From positions 19,594,001 through 19,658,000 of the forward strand of contig NC_087252.1 in assembly GCF_037042905.1 (NCBI RefSeq): DNA of 64,000 nucleotides, read 5' to 3'. The translations under genes were made by a program, and so were the position numbers. The first letter of the stretch is position 1. Every line of letters begins with the position of its first letter. Of the stretch, positions 12,941 to 25,170 are shown in pieces. This DNA comes from Lytechinus pictus (lineage: Eukaryota). The notes under the pieces are model-generated. The model was given only the letters and a program-made list of their open reading frames with translations. It had not been told where the DNA came from and did no database searches.

Positions 12941-15900
12941 GCTGCATGCATGGTCACTGATTACAGCCTGGTTATGATGGTGGTGGTGGCAGCGGAGGTG
13001 GTGGTGGTGGTAATGGTGGTGATGGAGGTGATGATGATGCGATGAGATGGTAATGACGATGACTGGATTGATGGTAATAGCGGTGATTATGATGATGATT
13101 TAGGATGACGACGGTTTTGTGGAGAGTAGAATTTATTGCAAAGCGCTTTGAGCATGTTCAATGGAAAAGCGCTATATAAATTCTCAATGTATGTATGTAT
13201 GTATGTGTATGTGTGTATGTATGTATGTATGTATATATGATGATGATGATTGCTGATGATTGAGATGATGACGACGACAACGGTGATTACAGTCGTGATG
13301 GTGGTGGTGGTGGTGACGATGAGCCCGCATTTACATACCGCCTTTGTTTGAGGAAAATCCTCAGCCAATTGTATCCTTCCATATGTTACTTAATTCAGTG
13401 CTTTAAAAGTAATGAGGTATGCACAGATTCCAATGTTAAGATCACAATGATCACAATATATGCTAGGTACCTCACATCATCATGATAAATAGCTGAAGAT
13501 TTGTGAATTCCAATCGCATTTCTCCATCATTTCATTGAGCGTCCATCTTCAATTTATGCTTAATTCGCGATCAAACTTATTCCCAAGAAGATCGATTGCG
13601 ACGAACAATGTTTCTCTCACTGGTCCTCTCTTCCAAAATGAAATACACCCTCTCTGATGATGGCAGCACAAAGGACAAAATCTGCTTTTAAGATGTTAGG
13701 CAGTGCACTATAACAAGGTGTAAACACATTACCAGGATGAATTAAATAAAGTATGATAGAGTCTAAATTGGTAATCCTGTGTACTCTTGCCTGTTTCCAA
13801 TGATTTGCCTCTCTCTACTGGCAGGACTGGTGGCTTGGGGGACTGGTGATGGAAACAATAGCATCATCCCTTTACTTCGGGTCAGTCACACTAAACACAT
13901 CAGAGATTAAAACGATGAATAATAAATGGATGAATCTGAAGTTTGATTTATACTGCTAGTACGAAGCCTATTTCTGCGACGACGACAGCAGTTGCTGCTG
14001 CAGTATTGCAACAGTGTATGCAACTTGGCAATATCATCAATTACATACGACTACGATTTTTTTTCATATTATCATTACTATTGTCCTCCTGAACATCATC
14101 CGCCTTCTTATCTTTCATCATCGTCATCATCATCATAAACATCATCATCACCATCATCATCATCATCATTGGATCATTATCACCATCATCATCACCAACA
14201 CCATCTTTTTTTTCATCATCAATTTTTTTTTAAGAAAGAAAGAAATGAAGAAAATCCTTTCCTTCGCTTTTATCAGAGATGTACAACACTGTCAAGTTTC
14301 ATTTGAATGCATTTCGAATAAGGTGCGTATTGAAAAATATATACATATGTATTTATATATATTAATACATATAAAGGCATGTGTATTAATTTGCCATTTT
14401 GGCGGGAGTCTGACTGTGTCTCGGCTGCATTCACTGAGAATACGCATTGAGTTTGATGGAGAGGAGGCGCCAAGAACACCTGCTCGCCAGGAAATAGGCG
14501 CTCCCGCTATTCAAAGAGCTCTCCATTCAAAAGATGAGCCACTTCCAACAGCCTTCGGATAATTAGTAACATGTCACTTTTATCAATAGGATCTTTATTT
14601 TATGATTTTTTTTCTTGTATGCATCCAAATTTCATATGAGCCATCAATATGAGGCTAGGCAGTGAGGTAATATCCACATCATTACTATATAGCTATTTTA
14701 GGGAAGAAAACCGTTATCAAATTATTTTCGGATATGTACGTTTAAACGTACATTACGTTCCTCCTTTTCCAATTCTCTTGTTACCCCCAAAGTTTCCAAA
14801 ACCTGGTGTGAAAGATCATTTGTTTACTCATCCTCTAAGTTATGGAATAGCCTCCCTGAAAACATCAAACAGTGCTTGACCTCTGAAACTTTTAAACATT
14901 ACCTCTAAACATTTCTCTTCAATTCTTCTTAATTTTTTTTTATTTCCTAAAAAGCGCCTTGAGCAGTCTACAGAGTGGATTTGGCGCGATATAAGTCTAA
15001 TTATTATTATTATTATTTCATTGATAAGCCTGTTTTATTTTATATTGCATTCGTAATAAATTTAAAACGTGAATAAAAAGCACGTGTATTACAAAAAGTA
15101 TACATGTTGACATCAGATGATACGGTGGAACAAATATAAGTATTTTATCACGATACAATCCAAAGGGTAAAATAAAATTATATGGGAATTTCTTTTGAAC
15201 AATTATATTATGAGAGGGAGACGTGGAGAAGAGAAGATAAAGAAAGAGATACTCTAGACTATATTTATACACGCAGACAGATATATTAGATAGATAGATA
15301 GATAGAAAGCATAGGGAACGTGATGGATAGAGAAATAAGACATAATGAAGATAGAAAGAAAGATAAAGAGAAATAATGTATTTGTTGTATACATGTGTTT
15401 TATATGATGCAAAATCCATTAGTTTTAGGTCATTCTGAAGGTTATTGAATTTCAAATTTTAAATCTAATGTAAATATGAAAAATTATTTGCAAAACGATA
15501 CATGTGTGAAAGATGTGCTCTAAAATCTAACATATATCGATAAACCCAGAAATCAAATTAATGTTAACCAACACCTTAAAGAATAAAACATAATAAGTTT
15601 AAGAGACAAGGTTCATGAGATGATGTAAACGCGAAAATATGCGTAATTTCCTTTTAGTAAATATCAAGATCACATGAGAAAATTGCTAATTGCCCGATAC
15701 TATTTACCGATTTGTGTAAGTAAATTATAGTGTCGGCCTTTGAACAGAGTAAACGAAACTACCCAATAGAAGTTTGATCCGGATTGTAAGACTTCATTGT
15801 TTAATCTAATATCAAATATTTACATGAGAGGGACCGCAGATACTTGATGGGTGGATATAATAGGGCATATTTAGGGCGAGTGATTACTACCTTTTTTTAC

Positions 15901-17091
15901 CCTTCTTTCTTTTCAACCCTGGATAAAATAAAGTACTCTAGTTAATGGTTTGTTTATGGAAATTTTTATGTGGTTATAATATTCATTGAGCTAAGTGTGT
16001 CTATGAAGGATTGGTAGAAATGCTTTGATCTTCCCATTGCACGAAATACATAATAAATCGGCATGATCCAATTTTAAGATATTAATGCCACACCTACACT
16101 CCCAAAAACGCACACACACACACATAAATAAATGTATATTTAATGAAATATTGATTAATGAATTCACAAATACATAAACAAGCAAAAAGGGTTGAAATAA
16201 ATCCAGAATGCAAAAATAGAATAGGTAAATAAATAATGAAAATTTAGTCACCCGAGACCATTGACATAAACACGCTACACATCGGTTATTTTCATATCAT
16301 AGAACACAATAGGGAAGTATATATTATATATTTAACATTTCATTACTAACCTTCATATCCCTTTATCATTTTCATGAGTAGGCCTATCACTTGATTTGAT
16401 CTGATATATTTTTTTTTCAAAGAAGTCCTCGACGTTGCGTGTGGCCTTTACTCAGAGAAAAGCGGAACTAGTTATACAAAAATGCTTTATCTGCATAATA
16501 CGATTATCATTACATCGAACTATACTGCATGTGGCAGACCCCTTGTTGTCTTGGTGGGTGTGGAGATTTCCCAAATTTTGCCCCAAACGTACCTTTTTAT
16601 TGAATTATATCACTGTTTTCTGCTTTTCAACAATTCAAAACTAAACTATTTTCATCAAATCGTAGGTTCAATCTACAAAGTAGTCATGACTGAATTTTTA
16701 ATTTCTCTCTCTAGCTATGTAATTTGTTTCAAATATCACATGTTCATCAAACTCAACCCTCTCAAATATCTTAGTTAGAAATATCATGGGTTAAATCGCC
16801 ATTAATATTTATTCTGCAGCAGTTTATCTAATGTATTGATTATAAATTGATATTTGCCAAGGGTCTTGTAACCTAGATAATTTTGACACTGCCATGAGGG
16901 CGGTACTACAGGGGGGGGGGTGGTCGACCACCCCTTATATTATTATTCTTTATTTCAATTTTCAAGACTATTGTCATATTTAATGCACTGTAATCCCTTT
17001 AATGTATTTTTAAATCAATGCTTACAGACATAAGAAAACGTCAGGTGGCTTGGCCACTTTCCATTTTTCTTGTTATTTTTTACATATTTAT

Positions 17092-17228
17092 TAGGAAGTA
17101 ATTCCTTACAAAGCTGTGTGCGCTATGAACGCCTAGCTTAGCCGGGTAATATAGGAGCGCCTTGAGCACCTAACAAGGTGGATATGTGCGCAATATAAAT
17201 ACCCTATATTATTATTATTATTATTATT
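17092..17228 (+). mobile_element. SINE/LINE 3' fragment with (TTA)n tail
   Basis: Near-identical to 34499-34632. Confidence 0.8.
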
Positions 17229-17341
17229 CCTTTTTTTGTTCTTAACGAACTTCCTTCCCAGTGAGAAGTTGTGCAGTGATATCCCGAAAAGACACAGGGG
17301 CGTGTTTCTGCCACAATACTCCTCCCCCCCCCCCCCCCCCC

Positions 17342-17373
<32 letters not shown>

Positions 17374-17869
17374 GGAACTTCACTTCGCTTTACACAGTCA
17401 AGATCTTACACGGTTGTACCCGTGCACGCTCGGACAGTATAATGGTCAAAGGGGATTCCCCTATTCCACCAAATGAGTCGATAAGACTGGAACTCCTGAA
17501 GGGGTTAGACAATATAACAATGCCAATAGTTTATCAATCTAAAGTTTATCGTTTCTTGCGGTGATATAGGCCTCCACGGTCTGCTGACAACAATATATGA
17601 AATCCTCGTCGGGTAGACTTTTACCAGCACGCACAGTGAGCAGCTCTCGCGGAACGTACAGATTTTGTACGTGACAATTATTTTCATTTTTATCATAATA
17701 TTGGGATCTAAACAGGAATAAGCACTTAATATCCTCGTTCGGTCGGCCAGCTCAATAATTATTACATGATAAAGTCCATGTCCTGTCTCGTTTATGTTGA
17801 AGTGATTGGAGTTGCATGCGTCTTCATGAATTTAGCTTCTTGTCGGATTTTATTGACGTTTTCACCGAA

Positions 17870-17933
17870 ATGAAATATTATAATAAAGTAATATCCGTCA
17901 TCATCATATTGTCTCATTATACTTGCAAGTATG
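17870..17933 (+). CDS. Gene B probable first coding exon, signal peptide (MKYYNKVISVIIILSHYTCKY)
   Basis: ATG, hydrophobic core, G|GTaagc donor in phase 1 matching the Sushi exon. Confidence 0.5.
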
Positions 17934-18400
17934 GTAAGCATTTTCCTCTTCTGTTTTGTACATCATTTCATGTTTTTTATATCTGTTTGGTCTCATAATG
18001 TTCTAGTCAAATTGAGGTGAAATGGCCGGAATTTAGGCTACCCCAAAATAAACCATTACTGGAATAGCTTATTAATTTGTTTTTGCATCGTAGAAAAAGA
18101 AAGTCTTAGTAAGACACAAAGTAATGAAATATGAGTTAAATCATTCTTAATAACTCAGTCACAATTGCTCTATGGCGGCCGTACGGCGAGTCGACTGAAA
18201 CAGCCGTTTTACATTTTGAATACAAATTAACGGAACGACTGTTTCCAATTAGTCTTGCGGCCGCAAATGTCGAGCAAATGTGACTGAAGTTAAAATATGT
18301 CCATATATATGTTGGGAGCTAAAGGAGATGTTTTGGCAGGAAGTGAGTTCCGAAGCTGTGTTGTCCTTGGTATGTACAAGGACTGATGGGGTGGCGTGTT

Positions 18401-19022
18401 TTAAAGTAGAGTCCATCCCAAAAAATATTGATCTGAATCAATAAAGAAATATTCTACATAAAAAAAGAAATCACACAAACAAAACACTGAAAAAATTATC
18501 AAAACCGGACGTAAGATAAAAAAGCTATGGCATTTTAAAGTTTCGCATATTTTTCATAAAACAGTAATTATGCACAAGTCAGTGATACGTAAATGAGAGA
18601 GTCGATGATACCACTCACTCGCTATTTCTTTTGTTTTTTTTATTGTAATATATGATACTTCAATGTTTACTGAGTTGCCCTCTTGATTGAATCAATCACA
18701 GCATCTAATACTGGCAATTCGACATTTTTAGGGAGGAATATAACTTTGTTTCACATAATACCAAAGATGACAAAATGTAAATATTTCATATAATAAAATA
18801 CAACAAATATTAGTGAGTTGGTGACGTCAGCGGTCTGCTATTTCGCATACCGACCAGGATGTACTTAAAACTGTTTTGTGAAATTAAACCAAAATTTAAT
18901 AGGGCCAATGTCATAACTTCCTATATTATTTTACTTTCGATTTTGATGATATTTTCAGCACAGTATGATTTTTTTCTCTTTTTATTCAAATCAACCTTTT
19001 GTTGAGGTGGGCTTGCAGTTAA
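18401..19022. mobile_element. Diverged copy of the 23168-23758 MITE family
   Basis: Shared blocks (aaacactgaa, cattttaaagtttcg, cactcactcgctatttcttttg, ttattcaaatcaac). Confidence 0.7.
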
Positions 19023-19283
19023 ATGTGGTACAGTCAGTGACAGTGACAAACCAAAGGATTACTCCTTAGACAATATGGGGCACGTTACTGAAAGAGTTGC
19101 AATCAAATCCAATTCTAAAAATCAAACACAATTTGATTTTTAACCAATCATAAGGGCGCATTCGGGACTTGATATTGATTTTTTGACTTAAGTTTAATTG
19201 CACCTCTTTGTGCAACGTGTCCCACACCACACGGGATGACAATGATAGCAATGGCAGCAGTATGCTTAGCGTACAATCAAATA

Positions 19284-19512
19284 CAGTGGTGCTCAAAAGT
19301 TAGTGAACATATTTAAAGTTTTGAAGTGATCAAGTTCTCACATGTTTTAGAAATTTAATTGTGAAGTCAGGTGATAAAATATTAAATTGAATACAGTTTG
19401 TTTCTCTGGGCTCGCCTAACATTGTAGTGTTGTTGTCTACCTTCAACACTCAGCATGAAAGAGTAACCTATACATTTTGTGGTTGGGATTCACTAACTTT
19501 TAAGCACAACTG
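19284..19512. mobile_element. Tc1/mariner-type MITE
   Basis: TA|CAGTGGTGCTCAAAAGTTAGTGAA...TTCACTAACTTTTAAGCACAACTG|TA. Confidence 0.8.
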
Positions 19513-20526
19513 TATAGGCAAGACATGATGTGTGATTGAGGTGTGATGGAAGTACACTTTTTTCATTGCTTTTCGGCATTGAAGTAGAAAAGTAATACAG
19601 TTAATGGGTCCAAAGTACCTGTTGTCAGTTAAACTGCATACAATGATAATAGAATAAACGAAATGTGGAATTTGAAAACTGCATATTGCTAAAATGTAAT
19701 CTATCTAAACCAAATGCATGTTGTTGTGGTTTTTATTTTAAATAAACAATGTCGATCTACTCTTTGCGTAATTCTGATCAGCATAAATATTGGACTTGAC
19801 TCATACAGATGTAGAGCATTTTAACACTGGGTAAATATAAGCCTAAGTAAGCCCCTAGGGGGAAGCGACAGGGTGACGATGGGGGGAGGATTGGGGGGGG
19901 GAGAATACCTAAAGGAAACATTTTTTAATTGGATGATAGGGATATTATACAGTTACACGACACTGATAATATCTTTTTGAGCTCTTCTTTCTACGTTCTT
20001 CCTTTTTTTCTCTCCATTTTTGTTTTGTTTTGTTACTATCGAAAAATGTTTGAACTGATTTCAAGGGGAAGTTCACCCTGGTTTGATGTCAAAATACCAG
20101 AAAAAAGTAATAAAAATTGTGAAGGTTTGAGGAAAATCCATCAAAGATTTAAAATGTTATAAGAATTTGAAGGCTTTGATTTTTGACGTCATATACAAGC
20201 AAGTGTCCCATATTTTATGTTAATATAAAAATGCATTAAATTCAATTTTGTAATGGTTCATGAGGACTACAAATTGTTTATTTCAGGAACGGGTGTGAAA
20301 TGATTTGTCTGTTGATATACTGAACGTACAATAAAGAAGTATTTTCATTATTATTGCGAAAATCACGTGTCAATTTTTTTTCCCATACGATGTTTGGGGA
20401 AGGTGCTCTCAAAAAGACAATGAACTTGACATATGATACTTCTCTTATTTATTTCAACGGTTTTTTTTATAATAACGTTACTGTAAAACAAATCAAAACT
20501 CTCATAATTTCATTCATTCACTCCTC

Positions 20527-20566
<40 letters not shown>

Positions 20567-21060
20567 ATATCTTTGTATAATTATATAAAAACATCAATAT
20601 CGAATAACATAATGATACTATAAAAAACAATAACCCTGAAAAAAAAATAATGACGTGTGTTTTGCTGTGGTAAGGCACTGGCCTGAAACTCTTTCAAAGT
20701 CAATACGTTGACCTTCATCCACCGATTATTTAATGGCATATGTTTACATAATTAAATACAACTGCCCTTTTGTGATTGATATGGGAATTTGTAAATAAAG
20801 AATTATTTAGTTTGAATCAGTTTTTACAAAGAGTGGGTTTGTTGAACGTGGATGAACATGTAGCTGAATTTGATAAATGCATGGGCTACGAGAGGAGTTT
20901 GTCAATCGACTTTCCTTTTCCTAACTTCGTGAACTTGTTTATTTTGTAAATTGCTGTAATAATTGATCAAATATGATTGAAAAAATAAAAGGAAGTATGG
21001 CCGTTTGAGTTAAATCAACACAAGGGTAGGTCTATATGAGGAAGGCATGGGCGTGAAGAA

Positions 21061-21916
21061 CACTTTAAAAAATACTGGGTAAAATGTTAACCAGCATGAG
21101 GGTAATTATGTGTCCAACCAATTTGGGGCAGTATTTCACCCAATGCGGTAAGCATATTGTCCAATCAGTTGAAAAATAAGCAGCAATTACTTTAGAATCT
21201 GCAAAATTTTCATCACACTGTATAAATCAAAATGCCCAATGTTGGCTGGACACATAATTACCCTCATGGAGCACTTTTACCCAATATTTTTTTAGAGTGA
21301 AGTGCCCTGCTGGGCTGTATAAGAAAAATAAAGAGAGAAAAAAAGGGGGAACGGGAAAGAAAAATGGGGAATAAGGAAATGAAAATGAGGGGAAAGGAAA
21401 ATATGGAAAATAGAAACGAAAACATATATTTTTCTCCAAGAGTTAAGAATTTGGCTTGATACCTCCTGTAAATAATTATGAAATCATTGAATTTCTTTGA
21501 AATTACATTTGTTTATTTCATATACAGGAAAAAATACAAAATAAATGGTAAATGTGTATCGGGTCCCTCATATGCCTCTTTATCCCGATGTGCATAATTA
21601 CTTTTGTGAAAACAAGAAATAAATTAAATCATTTGTAGGTATGTTATTTTATATCCTGCACTCAAAAAATATATATTGGGTAAAAATGATCCATGAGGGT
21701 CATTATGTGTCCATCCAACATTGGGCATTTCTTTTGGGCATTTTGATTTATCCAGTGTGATGAAAATTTTGCCCATTCTAAAGTAATTGCTGCTTGTTTT
21801 TTTAACCTTACTGGACAGTATGCTTCCCGCATTGGGTAAAAAAACTACCCCAAATTGGTTGGACACATAATTACCCTCGTGCTGGTTAAAGTTTTACCCA
21901 GTATTTTTTTACAGTG
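21061..21916. mobile_element. Two oppositely oriented ~240-bp CACT-ended MITEs (21061-21299, 21660-21916)
   Basis: The copies are reverse complements (ggtaattatgtgtccaacca...tgcggtaagcata); CACT...AGTG ends. Confidence 0.75.
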
Positions 21917-22009
21917 TATTTTGATAAAATTTTCAGTCGCACATCTATTTGGAAATTGATGTCACTCTGTCGATATATCCTGGCGCCACCCCTATACCGT
22001 AGAACGAAC

Positions 22010-22462
22010 GGTTACACTTCGTAATTCCGAAGGTTCTTTATTCCGAAGGTTCGTAATTCCTAAACACGTAAATTGCCTTTACCTCGATGTTCGTTAGTCC
22101 GAAAACGTAAAAATGTTCGTTATTCCGAAGGTTCGATAATCCGAAAACGAAATAAGATTCGATGTTCCGAAGGTTCGTTAATCCGAAAACGAAATAAGGT
22201 TCGTTGTTCCGGAGGTTCGTTAGTCCGAAAACGAAATAAGGTTCGTTCATCATTTCGTTTTCGGTCTAACGAACCTTCGGAATTACGAACCTCATTTCGT
22301 TTTCGGATTAACGAACCTTCGGAATTACGAACCTCATTTCGTTTTCGGACTAACGAACCTTCGGAATTACGAATCTTCGTAAATAGGAACCTTCGGAATA
22401 ACGAACCTTCGGAATATCCGAACCTTCGGAATAACGAAGCTTCGGAATTACGAATTTATGCG
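22010..22462. mobile_element. MITE made of inverted arrays of TTCCGAAGGTTCGT-containing units
   Basis: Left and right arrays are reverse complements; flanking direct repeat GAACGAAC at 22002-22009 and 22463-22470. Confidence 0.8.
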
Positions 22463-23167
22463 GAACGAACTATTTCCTTTTCCTTGTTTTCTTTTTTAAT
22501 CACTCTCAGTCTCACCTGGTCAACTGTACTTCATTTTTAATTATCATTTTAAATTAATGGGAACCGTGTTCTTTCGAAAGTACAATATGATACTCCATCC
22601 TATCACGCTTCTCGTTCTTCCTTGTTTGGTAAACACGTACTTATGTCTTAAATTTAACCAGGATAAAAATGATTTTCCATAAGTGATAACTCGTTTTCAG
22701 AAGAAAGGCAAATTTTGATTGCCTATTCTAAAGTAATGCGTAGAGTTTGTAGGAAAAGTAATGGTTCCAGGAATTTCAAAGGTGAAGAACGTATTCTCCT
22801 GTAAAAGACATGATATTATACCTTGTGAGTAAACAAAAAATTGACACCTCACAAATCCCCAATTTAAGAAAAAAAATATATGTCATGAACACATAATAAT
22901 AAAATATGGCTTGAAAGTACATGTTCTCCAAAATAGTTTGATACCATATCTATATATGTGGTATGTATTGACGCTTGGATGATCAGAAGGTATTTCTTGC
23001 AGTGATGTATATTTTGATTTGCGCCAAAGTAAGGCATGACTGCAATGGACGAACACGACGAATCCATATATGTATGATGCCATAATCCTACATGAGATAG
23101 TAAGCATATTTGCAAATCTCATTTCAATGAAATTAACTTGAGAATTGGAACTAAAATTGTTTATTAA

Positions 23168-23758
23168 AGGACAAGTCCACCCCAACAAAAAGTTGATTTG
23201 AATAAAAAGAGAAAAATCCAACAAGCATAACACTGAAAATTTCATCAAAATCGGATGTAAAATAAGAAAGTTATGACATTTTAAAGTTTCGATTAATTTC
23301 ACAAAACAGTTATATGCACATCCTGGTCGGTATGCAAATGAGAAAACTGATGACGTCATCCACTCACTATTTCTTTTGTATTTATTATATGAAATATGAA
23401 ATATTCTAATTTTCTCCTCATTGTCAAGTGATACAACTATTAATTCCTCCCTGAACATGTGGAATTAGCATTGTTTAATACTATATGGTTCATTCAAGTT
23501 GGTCCTCATTGTCAAATCTATAAAAAATGAAATATTGTTTAATTCAAACAATAAAAAACAAAAGAAATAGGGAGTGATGGACATCATCGACTGAGCCACC
23601 AAGTTGTTCATATCACTGTTTTGTGAAAAATAAGCGAAACTTTAAAATGTCATAACTTTCTTATTTTACATCCGATTTTGATGAAGTTTTCAGCGTTGTG
23701 CTAATTTGATTTTTCTCTATTTATTCAAATCAACATTTTCTTGGGGTGGACTTGACCT
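23168..23758. mobile_element. MITE with TTAA TSD (Kolobok-like)
   Basis: TTAA|AGGACAAGTCCACCCC...GGGGTGGACTTGACCT|TTAA with long imperfect TIRs. Confidence 0.88.
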
Positions 23759-24586
23759 TTAAACAATTATAATGTAAATCATTGGAAAGGGATTTGCAAA
23801 TGCATTGCAAATGGATTTGTATGTATAGGTTTTATATTACACAGGAATGACGGAATAGGATGTGGGCAAGGATCAGACGGTTCCATGACATTTTATCCGG
23901 CGACAATTGCTCCAATGGAAAATCTGGACACAAAGCCAAACTTGAAATCTAACCTCCCAAACAAAATAACCCTAATCCGAATCTTTAGATTATTTTGAAT
24001 AAAAATCTCTAATAAAATCCTAATTCAAACCCTATGCCTATCAGATATCGCAGAAGCATAATGTCGCGTCAACGGATCAGATAGATGAATGTCTACTTTC
24101 TTAGCTCACCCAGTAAAAACGCCTATTTAAAAAAAATCTATACATCACTTTTCACTAAATGAGTCTTTTAGTAGTCGCTTAGCAGCTTAAACAACCATAC
24201 CAATTTATTGAGAATTAAGTATTGCACATTAAACTTGGATTTAAAAAAAATCATACATGCACTTGTTTAATCTGTTTAAAAAACTAATTTATATAGGACT
24301 ACCGCGGTGTTGATTTAACACCAGTCCGGAATCTATGTATGAGAAGTGTTAAAACAACACCGGTTTAGTTTTGGACAATTGGACTAATTCCAAATAGGCG
24401 TGTATACAACACCAATTAGTGTTAAAACAGCATCGATTTAATTTCAAACCGGTGTTGTTTCAACACTTCTCTGGAATGGTCATATATAGATTCTAGACTG
24501 GTGTTAAATAATACCGTAGTTTTTGCAATGTACATAGGGTCGTATAGTAAACAGCATTTCATTATATAAAATGTCATATACTACAG

Positions 24587-24784
24587 GTACAATTTCAGCT
24601 AGCTGTGCCAAGCCAGATGTTATACCTAACACCGTAACACCATGGGTTAACCAAACACTGGACACAGGGTCCTATATCAGATGGGAGTGCAGTGCTGGAT
24701 ACGTCATGCAGGGTAACACTAACACTGTTCTATGGGTGTGCCTCGAGGATGGGACCTGGCTTGGTCATGATCCCAGTTGCACAG
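24587..24784 (+). CDS. Gene B exon: Sushi/CCP domain 1
   Basis: C-x2-P...C-x2-GY...C-x3-G-x-W-x6-C. tacAG and G|GTgagg, 198 nt phase 1-1. Confidence 0.9.
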
Positions 24785-25170
24785 GTGAGGAAGTACCTCT
24801 ATTATTGGCGCGTTTGAGTTGAAAGCGCAGGTTTTGTCAAGGAATTTGACAGATGGGGTGCCATACTACCCATCCCGTTATAAGTCATGGGCACTGATCT
24901 CTCCTCTCCTTAGTGGAGAGATCAGTGGTCATGGGTGCCACGAGCCTAATTACATAAGGAGCGCTAAAGATATTCGTTCGACCCAACCCATTCGATTTTT
25001 TTCAATTTGGTATTGCTGATTGACAAAAGTTTATGAATATGATTCAAAATCTAACGCTGATTCTAGAAATGGTAACTACTGAACTTCCTTTGCCCAAATT
25101 GGGAAGATATATCAATGATTTGGAACAATTTGTTGACTGGCGGAAGAATTGTAGTCAAGTAGAACCACAA

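Noticed and set aside
14014..14562. 182-aa His-rich ORF
   Set aside because: Driven by a (CAT)n microsatellite; no domain or splice support.
22010..22462. CRISPR-like array
   Set aside because: No unique spacers, inverted halves, flanking TSD, eukaryotic context and no cas genes.
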